A program made the translations under genes and the position numbers. Below, one piece after another: positions 7,610 to 17,532 of a stretch of DNA of 55,437 nt. The notes under the pieces are model-generated. The model did not search any database, was not told the DNA's origin, and saw only the letters and a list, made by a program, of their open reading frames with translations. How positions within the stretch are numbered: position 1 is the stretch's first letter; each line of letters starts with the position of its first letter. The stretch is taken from contig CAXXHG010000033.1 in assembly GCA_963666315.2 (NCBI GenBank), positions 1 through 55,437 on the forward strand, in the 5' to 3' direction. The DNA comes from Candidatus Binatia bacterium (lineage in GTDB: Bacteria > Desulfobacterota > Binatia > Bin18).

Positions 7610-9694
7610 ATGAAATATCTTACGTGGCCTGCTCGGACTCTCCTGGTGTTGCTCAGTTTGCTGGTCGCATATGCATGTGGAGACAGCAATGAAAGGAACC
7701 AAAAAGAGAGCCAAAAAATATCGAGCGAGCTATCGCCAGAGCACAGCCGAGCTCGGGCACTACTTGACCAATTAATGAGTCTCCAACCCGGGGCTGTCCT
7801 GTCCGAGACCGGGGCGCGAGTTCTCTGGACGTTGAGTACGGCCTCGCCCTCTTTACGTCGAGCAGTCCTGGACCAAGCGCTGGCTCGTCCGGAGCGGACC
7901 TTAGACCTCACCAGAACCCACGGCAAATTCGTCACCACCGCGCTTGCCGGGCTCAGCCCGCCACGGGGAGAAAGACTGGCCCGGCATATCCTGCAACACG
8001 CCGCGTGTCAGAAAGCTGGGTCTTCCGTGGCGGTCATCGTCTGTTTTGAACTGAGTGGGCATCTGCAGGATCATCAGAATCCTCGAGGGGCATCTGAGGA
8101 AACGCTGACACAGCTTGCACATCAACTTGTGGTACGTGTGGAAGACGAACAAGACCTGGGTAGGCTCATGCAGCTTGCCACGAGGATACCAAGTCTCTGG
8201 ATGCTGGTGTCGCCGTCTGGTGTCGACCGCAGTGCCGAACGCCTCGTGAAAGAGATAGAAAATACGCCGAGAGTGACTCTTCGGTCGCGGCTCGCCGAGA
8301 GCTTGTCTGGGCCGGCGCAGCGTGTTTCAGAAACCAAAGCTGGCGAGCTGACCGAACGGCTCATAGCCATCATGGAGACGGAGACTGGGTTCGAACTGCG
8401 CTCGCGCGTCGTCAGTGGCATACGGATGCTTGGCGGACGCGTCTCAGAAGAGAAGGCTGACGAGCTGGCTGAGCGGCTCATAGTCAGTATCGAAACTGAA
8501 GAAAGCGTCTTTCGGCTGGCTCGTCTGATAGGTGGTTTGGCCGGGCTTGAGCGACGCGTCTCACAAAGCATGGCTGGTACACTGGCTGAACGGCTCATTG
8601 TGAGGATGGAGCAAGAAGCAGACTATGGCCGATTTATGCATCTCTTCCGTGCTATACGCGAATTCAGGGGACGCATGCCTGTGTCTCTTATCGACCGCAG
8701 TACGGAGCTGTTCGTGGCATGGATGGAGCGAGAAAAAGATCCTCAGAGGCTTTTGAAACTCGCCATTGAAACCGGCGGGCTGACGTGGCGTGCTTCTCGG
8801 ACCAAGATACAGGAGCTGGGTGAACGGCTCGTGGGAGAGATAGAAAGAGAAAAGGAATTGGTTGATGAACTCCAGATGTTCGTTGGTCCATTTCCGCAAG
8901 CTAGAGCCGGGGAGCTGGCTGCCCGGCTCATGACCAGGGTGGAGAAGGAAGACCATTTATATCGCCTGCCTTATTTTATACGGAGTCTGCACGGACTCGG
9001 TTCACAGGTTTCAGAGGCGAAGGCTGACCAGCTGGCAGAGCGACTCGTCAGCATAATGGAAAAACATGAACATGAAGATGCGTTCTGGCTGGCCCAAATG
9101 GTGGAAGGGTTGCGTGGATTTTCTGAGCGCGTCTCGCTAGTGCAGACTGAAGCGTTGACACGGCGACTGATCGTGACCATGCGGGAAGAACAGCATAAAC
9201 AGCATGCTGACCACCTCGTCCACGTCGTTGCGGGTGTATCGGTTTTGGGTAAGCAATTACCCGATACCGTTGCTCAAGAGACTCTGCACGAGGTCATAGC
9301 TGCAATCAAAGGTCTGCCGCAGCCACCGTGTGGGGCGACAGAAACGCTCGTGCGAAAAAACACTCTCACTACCATCTTCGATCTGCTCAAATGGCCGACG
9401 TGCACTTTTTATGACCGGCTGCGCGTGATTGCATCCATACAGACGCTCACAGGCAAATCTTTTCGAAAAGAGGGATTCCAGGCAGAGCTGGCAGAGCAGG
9501 CCCGGCAGAGAGAGATAAAAGGGGTCCAAAAAAAACAGGATAAGGATCTCGATATGCTGAGGAGTATCGATTATTGGAATTTCATCGCGTTTGCCGAAAC
9601 ATGGGCGCAAGAGCATCAATACGCGCTCGATACGCCGCCTATTCCTCCCCCGCATATGGCAGCTAAGGCGCATATGGCCGGATCAGAGCCCTGA
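7610..9694 (+). CDS. Hypothetical lipoprotein with about 10 tandem ~39-aa helical (HEAT-like) repeats
   Basis: Signal peptide ending VAYAC; repeats of the form RVSxxKAxELAERLIxxMExE. Confidence 0.7.
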   Translation: MKYLTWPARTLLVLLSLLVAYACGDSNERNQKESQKISSELSPEHSRARALLDQLMSLQPGAVLSETGARVLWTLSTASPSLRRAVLDQALARPERTLDLTRTHGKFVTTALAGLSPPRGERLARHILQHAACQKAGSSVAVIVCFELSGHLQDHQNPRGASEETLTQLAHQLVVRVEDEQDLGRLMQLATRIPSLWMLVSPSGVDRSAERLVKEIENTPRVTLRSRLAESLSGPAQRVSETKAGELTERLIAIMETETGFELRSRVVSGIRMLGGRVSEEKADELAERLIVSIETEESVFRLARLIGGLAGLERRVSQSMAGTLAERLIVRMEQEADYGRFMHLFRAIREFRGRMPVSLIDRSTELFVAWMEREKDPQRLLKLAIETGGLTWRASRTKIQELGERLVGEIEREKELVDELQMFVGPFPQARAGELAARLMTRVEKEDHLYRLPYFIRSLHGLGSQVSEAKADQLAERLVSIMEKHEHEDAFWLAQMVEGLRGFSERVSLVQTEALTRRLIVTMREEQHKQHADHLVHVVAGVSVLGKQLPDTVAQETLHEVIAAIKGLPQPPCGATETLVRKNTLTTIFDLLKWPTCTFYDRLRVIASIQTLTGKSFRKEGFQAELAEQARQREIKGVQKKQDKDLDMLRSIDYWNFIAFAETWAQEHQYALDTPPIPPPHMAAKAHMAGSEP

Positions 9695-9818
9695 TCAAGC
9701 GTTCCTTCTATGGTTCCAGTGCAATATCGAACAGCCTCACTTCCTTGTGTCCATACAATGAACCCCTTTTCCCCTTACCTATGGGTAGGCAAGGGGATGC
9801 TGAATAAGGAGGGAAACC

Positions 9819-10694
9819 ATGCGCAATATGACGGAAAGCGAAATCACGACTGCGGTGCTGGGGCGCTCTGAAACGACCGACAACCCGCGTGTCAAGCAGG
9901 TACTATCGAGTTTGCTCACGCATCTGCATGCTTTTGTACGTGAGGTCGAACTTACAGAAGAAGAGTGGTTTGAGGGCATAAAATTTCTGACCGAGACCGG
10001 CCAGAAGTGTACGGACACACGCCAAGAATATATCTTGCTGTCTGACACCTTAGGAATTTCTATGCTGGTGGACCTCATCAACCATCGCACACCGAATGGG
10101 GCTACTGAATCCACGGTCTTCGGTCCGTTCTACACTCCAGGCGCGCCGGAGATGGAGAACGGCGGGAATATCGCCCGCCAAGACGATGGCGCAGCCTGCT
10201 TTGTGTCCGGCCGGGTGAGTGCCCTCGACGGCACGCCGATCAAAGGTGCGCTACTCGATGTGTGGCAGACGTCATCGAATGGCTTTTATGATACTCAGGA
10301 TCCAAATCAGCCCGAGGTTAACATGCGGGGCAAGTTTCACTCGGATGAGGACGGGAGCTATCGCATCCAAACCGTCCGCCCGGTCAGTTATCCCATCCCG
10401 GTTGATGGCCCGGTAGGCAAAATGTTGAAACTCACCGGTCGGCATCCGAACCGTCCAGCGCATATTCATTTCATCGTCTCTGCCGAAGGGTTTGAGCCGG
10501 TGACCACGCATCTCTTTGACGATACGGATTCTTACATCGACTCCGATGCCGTCTTTGGGGTGAAGGATAGCCTGGTGTGCAAATTTGAACATCATGACTC
10601 TGAAGCAGACGCTGCCAAACGTAATGTCTCAGCCCCGTTTTATACGGTTGAGTACGATTTCGTTTTGGTTCCGACTGCAGGCCGAGCAGACTGA
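9819..10694 (+). CDS. Intradiol ring-cleavage dioxygenase (hydroxyquinol/catechol 1,2-dioxygenase)
   Basis: RQEYILLSDTLG, TESTVFGPFY, GFYDTQ, YPIPVDGPVG, RPAHIHF (Fe ligands Tyr/Tyr/His/His). Confidence 0.93.
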   Translation: MRNMTESEITTAVLGRSETTDNPRVKQVLSSLLTHLHAFVREVELTEEEWFEGIKFLTETGQKCTDTRQEYILLSDTLGISMLVDLINHRTPNGATESTVFGPFYTPGAPEMENGGNIARQDDGAACFVSGRVSALDGTPIKGALLDVWQTSSNGFYDTQDPNQPEVNMRGKFHSDEDGSYRIQTVRPVSYPIPVDGPVGKMLKLTGRHPNRPAHIHFIVSAEGFEPVTTHLFDDTDSYIDSDAVFGVKDSLVCKFEHHDSEADAAKRNVSAPFYTVEYDFVLVPTAGRAD

Positions 10695-10729
10695 GTTATA
10701 ATAGCGGACGCCCGTAAGAAGAGGATTTC

Positions 10730-11170
10730 ATGGCACGCCTCAATCTGGAAACAGCGAATACCATAGTGGCAGCTGCACTCCAAAAAGCCCGCGAGATGCA
10801 TACGTCCCCATTAGCGGTTGCCGTCCTGGATGAAACCGGCCAGCTCCAATCGTTTCAGCGCGAAGATGAGACCAGCTTGATGCGGGCAGACATTGCCATA
10901 GGAAAAGCCTGGGGAGCCCTGGGTATGGGAGGCTCCTCGCGGGTCCTGGGGAACCTTGCTTCCCAGCGTCCGCATTTTGTCCAAGCCCTGACTGTCATTG
11001 CGCAAGGCCGGTTGGTTCCCGTTCCGGGTGGAGTGTTGATCCAAGACGAGTCCAGGTCGATCATTGGCGCGGTCGGAATATCCGGCGATACCTCAGACAT
11101 GGATGAAGAATGTGCCGTGGCGGGTATTGAAGCGGCTGGGCTGACGGCTGATACGGGAGTCCCTGCGTAG
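10730..11170 (+). CDS. GlcG/HbpS-family heme-binding protein
   Basis: DIAIGKAWGA, PVPGGVLI, IGAVGISGDTSDMDE. Confidence 0.9.
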   Translation: MARLNLETANTIVAAALQKAREMHTSPLAVAVLDETGQLQSFQREDETSLMRADIAIGKAWGALGMGGSSRVLGNLASQRPHFVQALTVIAQGRLVPVPGGVLIQDESRSIIGAVGISGDTSDMDEECAVAGIEAAGLTADTGVPA

Positions 11171-11190
11171 CCCTGTGAGGAGCACGGCTG

Positions 11191-11985
11191 ATGGGATTTG
11201 CTGATATTGACGGCCTGAGGATTCATTATCACACGGCCCGAGATCTGAGCGTCTCACATGGGCAGCGCGTTTTATACGTCCATGGAACTGGCTGTGACGG
11301 CCGGGTGTGGCAACGGCATATGCGGGCGATTGCCGACAGTCACACCCCTGTCGCCATAGACCTGCCCGGTCATGGACTATCATCTGGCGATGGTTTTCGG
11401 GGGGTCGCGGATTACACCCATTATACCGTCCAGCTTGCCGCTCACTTGGGGTGGGATCGGTTTGTTATCGCCGGGCACTCTTTGGGTGGCGGGATCGCTC
11501 TTACTGCGGCGGTCTATTACTCTGAGCGTCTTGCTGGGATGATGCTCATTGATACCGGAGCCCGGCTACGTGTTGATCCCAGCGTCCTTGAGAATGCGCG
11601 CCGGCTTGCGGCGGGCGAAGAGGGCATTCCTATCGATCCAAGATTAGGCTTTGCCAAAAGCACGTCCCAGTCCGTGTTAGACACGATCAATACCTTGACC
11701 ACCGAGACCGACCCAGGTGTGACGTATAAGGACTGGATCAGCGACGATACCTTCGACTTCATGAGCCGAGTGGGCAACATCGCAGTCCCTGCGATCGCGA
11801 TATGTGGTGACGAAGATTATTTTACGCCAGTGAAGTATGCGCAATACTTCCATGACCACATGCCGAATTGTCAGCTTGAGATTATTCAAAATGCAGGCCA
11901 CTGGACCTACGCCGAGCAGCCGCAAACCTTTGACCGTATTGTCCAGACGTATCTGGCTAACCTCGTATCCTACTCATCGAGCTGA
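11191..11985 (+). CDS. Alpha/beta-fold hydrolase
   Basis: HG oxyanion motif, DLPGHG, GHSLGG nucleophile, GDED, AGH. Confidence 0.9.
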   Translation: MGFADIDGLRIHYHTARDLSVSHGQRVLYVHGTGCDGRVWQRHMRAIADSHTPVAIDLPGHGLSSGDGFRGVADYTHYTVQLAAHLGWDRFVIAGHSLGGGIALTAAVYYSERLAGMMLIDTGARLRVDPSVLENARRLAAGEEGIPIDPRLGFAKSTSQSVLDTINTLTTETDPGVTYKDWISDDTFDFMSRVGNIAVPAIAICGDEDYFTPVKYAQYFHDHMPNCQLEIIQNAGHWTYAEQPQTFDRIVQTYLANLVSYSSS

Positions 11986-12500
11986 CCACAATCAGTAATC
12001 ACAATGGGCAGCTTGGTCTGTCCACTTTGGCTGCCCTGGGCCTCCATCGCGCGTACCACGTCCAGACCTTCGACCACACTGCCAAACACGACGTGTTTGC
12101 CGTCCAACCACGGGGTTGCTGCGGTAGTGAGAAAAAATTGGGAACCATTGGTGCCGGGGCCGGCGTTGGCCATGCTGAGCATGCCGGGCTCGGTATGTTT
12201 GAGCTGAAAGTTCTCATCAGCAAATTTCGCGCCGTAGATGGATTCTCCTCCGGTGCCATCGTCGTTGGTAAAATCGCCGCCCTGACACATGAAGTCGGGA
12301 ATGACGCGGTGGAATATCGAGCCCTTATAGTGCAAGGGTTTCCCGGACTGGCCCTCACCTTTCTCTCCGGTACAGAGCGCGCGAAAATTTTCGGCGGTTT
12401 CAGGCACCAAATCAGCTCTCAGTTCTATAACGATACGTCCAGTAGATTCTTCACCAATGGTGATGTCAAAAAAGACTTTCGGATTTGTTTGATCACTCAT
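11970..12500 (-). CDS. Cytoplasmic cyclophilin A-type peptidyl-prolyl isomerase
   Basis: [53 protein letters not shown]. Confidence 0.97.
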   Translation of the reverse strand: MSDQTNPKVFFDITIGEESTGRIVIELRADLVPETAENFRALCTGEKGEGQSGKPLHYKGSIFHRVIPDFMCQGGDFTNDDGTGGESIYGAKFADENFQLKHTEPGMLSMANAGPGTNGSQFFLTTAATPWLDGKHVVFGSVVEGLDVVRAMEAQGSQSGQTKLPIVITDCGQLDE

Positions 12501-12622
12501 GTTTTCCTCATTTCTTCAATATATTTTCGCTATCGTGAGCTTGATCTTGCACAGCCTAAAAGGTTGAGGCGCAGGCTATAGAATTTATAGGGATGAGACT
12601 AGGCGCCCTAAAAATACATCAC

Positions 12623-12731
12623 AAAATTGCCTGGAGCACGTTGTCAGCGCCACGGCCCCTATCCCCTGGATTCCCGTTTCCACGGGAACGGCTGTCCTTA
12701 CTTGTGTCATACCTGCGCAAGCAGGTATCTA
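12623..12731. repeat. Dispersed repeat containing REP-like hairpins (copy 1)
   Basis: ctggagcacgttgtcagcgcc...ctggattcccgtttccacgggaa recurs at 49939-50004; followed by gtcatacctgcgcaagcaggtatctag. Confidence 0.7.
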
Positions 12732-13564
12732 GGCCTCCGGGACAAGACGGAGTGTTGTGAGGGACTCTCAGGTGTACCCGGATATCTCTGCTCAGACGCC
12801 GTTAAGTTAAACCGTACCGACGCTGCTAAGATGTCGGAAAAATCAGCCGTGTAGATCCCTGCTCGAGTGACGGCGTGATGACAGAACGACCCAGTAATGA
12901 CGCGCTGGCCTGGCTCCAAGCCTAAGCCGAATTTGTCCAGCAGCCGGCACAAACGTGACAGCGAAAGATACGGATCATCCATCGTCGTTCCCGGCGTCTT
13001 CGTCTCGACAACCTGACCAGCGCAGGAGAACTCGACCGTTGTCTCTACCAGCCTCTCTCGTACCGGGACCTCCGGTCCGACGACTATACCCCATTGAGCT
13101 AAGCCATCGGCTAACAGAGGCGCATGCCCTGTGTCCGGCTGGACGCGAATCTCGTTGATCTCAAATGCTGGGGTAACCGCGCGGACAGCCGCCTTGGCGT
13201 GCTCACGATCCACCTCAGCCCCACGCAACGGTGAGCCGATGATAAGGCATAATTCCGGCTCAATATGACAATTCAAAATAGGGTCAACAAGAATTGTCGC
13301 GCCGGAACGGAAAATCCGGTTGTGGAGGACATAGCCGAACGGCCGAAACTCTTTTCCCATGCGGTCTCGGGCCGTGCCCGATGTCAGCCCGACCTTCCAA
13401 CCGCCTAGACGTTCTCCTGCAGTCTCAAAGCGATTGAGAACGCGGAGTTGTAGATCGAGTGCCTCGTCTAACTCGGACGGGATCTGATCAATACGGGATG
13501 GTCGGGTGCCGTAACGTCGCGCTTCGTATAGGTCGTCAATTACTGCGTCTTGTTCTGCTAGCAC
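12707..13564 (-). CDS. 2-keto-4-pentenoate hydratase / FAH-family protein
   Basis: GWKVGLTS, HIEPEL, PAFEINE, GLEPGQRVITGS. The C-terminal ~35 aa may be read-through. Confidence 0.85.
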   Translation of the reverse strand: MLAEQDAVIDDLYEARRYGTRPSRIDQIPSELDEALDLQLRVLNRFETAGERLGGWKVGLTSGTARDRMGKEFRPFGYVLHNRIFRSGATILVDPILNCHIEPELCLIIGSPLRGAEVDREHAKAAVRAVTPAFEINEIRVQPDTGHAPLLADGLAQWGIVVGPEVPVRERLVETTVEFSCAGQVVETKTPGTTMDDPYLSLSRLCRLLDKFGLGLEPGQRVITGSFCHHAVTRAGIYTADFSDILAASVRFNLTASEQRYPGTPESPSQHSVLSRRPRYLLAQV

Positions 13565-13613
13565 GTTGCTCTCCTTTTTGAGACCGTTTTTGATGCGTTT
13601 TAACGCGGTTACT

Positions 13614-13789
13614 GTCGGGCTACGCTGGGCTCACCGAACCTACGCTATATACCGGCATGATACGGTTTCTTATTGGTGACTATCCCTTAGTGCCCGTGCC
13701 GCTTGCCCTTCGACGAGCTCAGGGTGAGCGGAAAACGCTCTGCCCATGGAGGAGCCCGTTCCTACTGAGCCTGTCGAAGTAGGAACGGG
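13614..13789. repeat. Cluster of REP-like palindromes
   Basis: GTAG-type hairpin at 13614-13643; cccttcgacgagctcagggtgagcgg; 11-bp perfect stem cccgttcctac/gtaggaacggg (13755-13789). Confidence 0.6.
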
Positions 13790-13930
13790 AATGTACAGAG
13801 ATCTGCTGGAAGCCGTATAACACCTCCAAAACCTTGTGTCTCTCCGAGGGGCATGGCAAGATGCTCCTGCTTGGCGAAAGCCAAACGCAAGAGGCGATTA
13901 GAATGAGGCGGTCAGAATAAGGAGAAAGCT

Positions 13931-15388
13931 ATGTCTGATCTTTCCGATCTTTCGGATCTCGCGTATGCGACAGCCATTGAAATCGCACACAAGATCCAAA
14001 AGAAAGAGATTTCAAGTCGCGAAGCGCTGGACTCTTTCCTTGCCCGGGTGGAGGCGCTCGACAAATCGATCAATTGCGTGGTGACGATTGATGCCGAGCA
14101 GGCGCGAGCCAAAGCAGACGCGGCGGATGCAGCCTTAGCACGTGGGCAGAGCCTCGGGCCGCTGCACGGCGTACCCATGACAATTAAAGATTCTTTCCAA
14201 ACTGCGGGCATGCGGACCACGTCGGGCGCGCCGGAACTCAAAGACTTTACGCCGCAAGAGGATGCCTGGCCGGTGGCGCGGCTACGCAAGGCCGGAGCCA
14301 TTATTTATGGCAAGACCAACTTGCCCATCTATGCCGGTGATCTGCAAAGCTATAACGAGATTTTCGGTACGACCAATAACCCGCACGATACCTCCAGAAC
14401 GCCCGGCGGGTCGTCCGGCGGCGCGGCTGCCGCACTCGCGTGTGGATTTACGCCGCTGGAACTTGGCAGTGACATTGGTGGCTCCATTCGTTTGCCGGCG
14501 CATATGTCCGGTGTGGTGGGTCACAAGCCGAGCTATGGCATTGTCCCGGCGCATGGGCAGATTCCGGGCCCGCCTGGGACATTGACGCAGGCCGACCTGG
14601 CCGTGGCCGGTCCGATGGCGCGTAGCGTCGAAGACCTGGAACTGGGCCTGGATATCATGGCGGGGCCGGATCGGTGGAACCATCCGGCCTGGCGGTTGAA
14701 ACTCCCGGCGGCTCGAAGAACGGCACTCAAGGACTACCGGATTGCCGTCTGGCTGGACGATGTGCGTTGTCCGGTTGAACCTGAAGTCAAGGCGCTGCTT
14801 GAAAATGCGGCTCGAACACTGAGCGATGCCGGCGCGCGTGTGGATACAGACGTGCGTCCTGACTTCTCTTTGGAGAAAGTGGCGCACACGTTTATGGCCC
14901 TGTTGCAATCTGCGCTTGCCGGCGGGGTATCCCGAGACAAAATTGAGGAATACGCCCGGTCAAGCGGGAATACGTCGGCTGATCAGACCCGACTCTTGTT
15001 CGCTATGCGGCATCGCGAGTGGCTCAGCTACAACGAACGTCGGATGCAGATGCGCAAACGCTGGGAAGAGTTCTTCGAGAACTGGGACATTATGTTATTG
15101 CCGGTCATGTCGTGCCCGGCAATACCACACGACCAGTCCGAACCCCAAGCCGCGCGACTGGCCACCGTTGGCGATGAGCAACGTCCGTATTGGGACCTGG
15201 TGACCTGGATGGCGCCTGCGGGTGTGTGCTTGCTGCCGGTGACAGTCGTTCCTGTTGGACGTTTAGACAGTGGCTTACCGATAGGCATCCAAGTCGTGGG
15301 TGCCTACCTCGAAGACCGTACGACCTTGGATCTTGCCAAACGGCTGCTTGATATGTCGGGTGGCTGTCCGCGACCGGCTGGCTTTTGA
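13931..15388 (+). CDS. Amidase-signature family amidase
   Basis: GPLHGVPMTIKDSF, GGSSGGAAAA, GSDIGGSIRLPA (Lys-cisSer-Ser triad). Confidence 0.95.
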   Translation: MSDLSDLSDLAYATAIEIAHKIQKKEISSREALDSFLARVEALDKSINCVVTIDAEQARAKADAADAALARGQSLGPLHGVPMTIKDSFQTAGMRTTSGAPELKDFTPQEDAWPVARLRKAGAIIYGKTNLPIYAGDLQSYNEIFGTTNNPHDTSRTPGGSSGGAAAALACGFTPLELGSDIGGSIRLPAHMSGVVGHKPSYGIVPAHGQIPGPPGTLTQADLAVAGPMARSVEDLELGLDIMAGPDRWNHPAWRLKLPAARRTALKDYRIAVWLDDVRCPVEPEVKALLENAARTLSDAGARVDTDVRPDFSLEKVAHTFMALLQSALAGGVSRDKIEEYARSSGNTSADQTRLLFAMRHREWLSYNERRMQMRKRWEEFFENWDIMLLPVMSCPAIPHDQSEPQAARLATVGDEQRPYWDLVTWMAPAGVCLLPVTVVPVGRLDSGLPIGIQVVGAYLEDRTTLDLAKRLLDMSGGCPRPAGF

Positions 15389-15406
15389 GTACGAAAGGAG
15401 AATGTT

Positions 15407-16228
15407 ATGTCACAACTGAATGGAAAAGTCGCCCTGATTACGGGCTGCGCACGCGGCATAGGGAGAGGTATCGCCCTTGCGCTGGCAAACGCGGGCGCGG
15501 ATGTGGCAGTCGCGGATATTGAGACCATGTCGAGCAGCGTGCAGCAGTATGGGGCCGCTGCTGTTGGCGGCTTTACCCAAGCCCAAAAAACTGCGGAAGA
15601 AATTACAGCGCTGGGCCGCCGTTCGCTGGCGATTCAGGCCGATGTTACCGAAAAAGACGACAATGTGCGCATGGTGAAAGAGACAGCCGATGCGCTCGGC
15701 GGTCTCGACATTATGGTATGCAACGCTGGGGTGGTGAATCTGGTGCCGGTAGAAGAGATGTCGGAAGAGGCCTGGGACATCATTTTCGCGGTGAATGCCA
15801 AAGGCGTCTTCTTATCGTGCCAAGCTGCGATCCCGGCGCTCAAGAAACAAGGCGGCGGCTGCATTATCAATATTGCCTCAATCGCGGGCAAGAGCGGCTT
15901 TGGTGGGCTGTCTCACTATTGTGCGTCAAAGTTCGCGGTTGTCGGCTTTACGAATTCGCTGTCAAAAGAGTTGACGAAGGAGAATATACGCGTCAATGCG
16001 ATTTGTCCTGGTATTCTGCGTACCCAAATGTGGGAATACCTGGCCGAGTCGTTGAAACAGCCGAACGAGTCAAAAGAAGAAGCCTGGCAGCGCTGGGTCA
16101 AGAATGTGATCCCGCAAGGCCGTCCGCAAACGCCGGAGGATATCGGCCAACTGGCGGTGTATCTGGCATTAGCCGAAAACGTCACGGGCCAGGCTATGAA
16201 TGTCGACGGTGGCATCGAACTACACTAA
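15407..16228 (+). CDS. SDR-family oxidoreductase
   Basis: TGCARGIG, CNAG, YCASKF. Confidence 0.93.
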   Translation: MSQLNGKVALITGCARGIGRGIALALANAGADVAVADIETMSSSVQQYGAAAVGGFTQAQKTAEEITALGRRSLAIQADVTEKDDNVRMVKETADALGGLDIMVCNAGVVNLVPVEEMSEEAWDIIFAVNAKGVFLSCQAAIPALKKQGGGCIINIASIAGKSGFGGLSHYCASKFAVVGFTNSLSKELTKENIRVNAICPGILRTQMWEYLAESLKQPNESKEEAWQRWVKNVIPQGRPQTPEDIGQLAVYLALAENVTGQAMNVDGGIELH

Positions 16229-16272
16229 GTTGTATCTAGCCAGGTGGCACTAGGCGGCACTCACCCGCATAC

Positions 16273-16343
16273 GTTGGTATACACTGAGCAAGAAGGCAAC
16301 CGGCGCGGTATCTTATGAGCCGGTTGCGTCAGTATGTACCAAC
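16273..16343. other. Long stem-loop
   Basis: gttggtatacactga pairs with tcagtatgtaccaac; inner gcaaccggc/gccggttgc is perfect. Confidence 0.6.
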
Positions 16344-16408
16344 ATGAGCCGTCCGTCGCAGACATGGGAAAAACCTGTAGCATGGCATAAAACTGTAGCA
16401 AATCTGTA

Positions 16409-16436
16409 GTACGGGCAGCCTTCCGACTGCCCGTAC
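16409..16436. terminator. Perfect 10-bp hairpin between convergent genes
   Basis: gtacgggcag-N8-ctgcccgtac; no clear U-tract. Confidence 0.4.
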
Positions 16437-16511
16437 CGTCGTCAACTGCTGTTGCTCAGACACGGATTCTGCATCGAAGTCTCCGGAGTCATGAGCAAAT
16501 GAGTTGAGCTC

Positions 16512-17009
16512 TTAATCTGAGGGGACAATGGTACGCATGGATTCGTTGAGTTCACTGGGAGGGTTAGGGTCATCGTTAATTAGCCCGTTGTGCGCTGGGG
16601 CAATAGTCGTTGCTTCGTTCTTGTCAGCCGAAATCTTGTCGACGTTGTTCAGTGTCAGATTGCAGTAGACGAACACTAGGAAAGCTACTATCCCAGCAAA
16701 AAAGAGTATCACCTGAAATAAGCCGACGGTCTGGCTTTTCCAGATGTTAAGCTGGCCTGTGTCGGTCGCGCTATCCAAGGTATGGGCGACTTTGCCCATG
16801 AATACGACGCCGGCCATGATCGAACTGAGTAAAGCGAACCATGAAATGAAAAGGAGGAGTTCTCCAACGATTTCCGAAGGATCGGGTACGATAGTCCTGA
16901 TAAATGTCGCGCTCAACACCAGAATTGCTGCGGCGAATGTCAGTATTTGCTTGGGCCACTCAATGATGGTGTCGAACGCCTTGAGCCTATAGGTGTCACG
17001 GTCAGCCAC
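16512..17009 (-). CDS. Hypothetical 3-TM membrane protein
   Basis: Three hydrophobic segments (QILTFAAAILVLSATF; LLFISWFALLSSIMAGVVFM; LFQVILFFAGIVAFLVFV); GTG start. Confidence 0.65.
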   Translation of the reverse strand: MADRDTYRLKAFDTIIEWPKQILTFAAAILVLSATFIRTIVPDPSEIVGELLLFISWFALLSSIMAGVVFMGKVAHTLDSATDTGQLNIWKSQTVGLFQVILFFAGIVAFLVFVYCNLTLNNVDKISADKNEATTIAPAHNGLINDDPNPPSELNESMRTIVPSD

Positions 17010-17036
17010 GTGAAGCTGCCTCGAAAGCCGGGTATC

Positions 17037-17414
17037 CTATTTGCAAAATGGGAATACGCCGCACCAGCGTGCGTGCATTGCCACGAGAACGTCCAACAGT
17101 CCGGCATGCAATTCGTCGCCGGCGCGTCCGCGGACGACAGCTTCTATCTCGCGTAGGACAACGCCCAACGATGTGTCGAGTAGCTGACTCACTGCATTGG
17201 CTGAGCTTGGATCCCCCGGATCCGCCCCACGATCAAGCCACTCGGCCCGCCGCGCAGCATGTGATAGGGATTCGCTGATCACATCAAACAACAAGTTATT
17301 GCATCAAGGGTCTAACAAGATTCCAGTATTGTCTTGAAACTCGTTCAACTTCTCGCTGAGGGAAGCCGCGAATGCGGCAGCTACCTCTATGGCGGGTGGG
17401 TTAGTCGCATCCAT
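17037..17414 (-). pseudogene. Small protein ending WCGVFPFCK, with in-frame TGA at codon 37
   Basis: ATG 17414 with GGAG RBS. The frame continues through TGA (17306-17304) into listed ORF 17037..17294. Confidence 0.5.
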
Positions 17415-17532
17415 ACCAGACTCCGGTGCACCCAGTTTGTGGGAACTGATCTAGTATCTTGCTTGTATAAGAATTGCAGCCGGTAGTATTACGGATTATC
17501 TACTACCGAGCCACTTCCGTGATTTAGGAGCG

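Noticed and set aside
3448-12500. Two cyclophilins as a recent duplication or a system
   Set aside because: They are clearly different subtypes (lipoprotein versus CypA-like) in unrelated contexts.
16273-16343. Integron attC site
   Set aside because: The ends run GTT...AAC, the reverse of attC (AAC...GTT), and there is no integrase or cassette array.
17304-17306. Selenocysteine TGA
   Set aside because: No evident SECIS hairpin downstream, and the neighbouring gene has a TAA break, so nonsense mutation is simpler.
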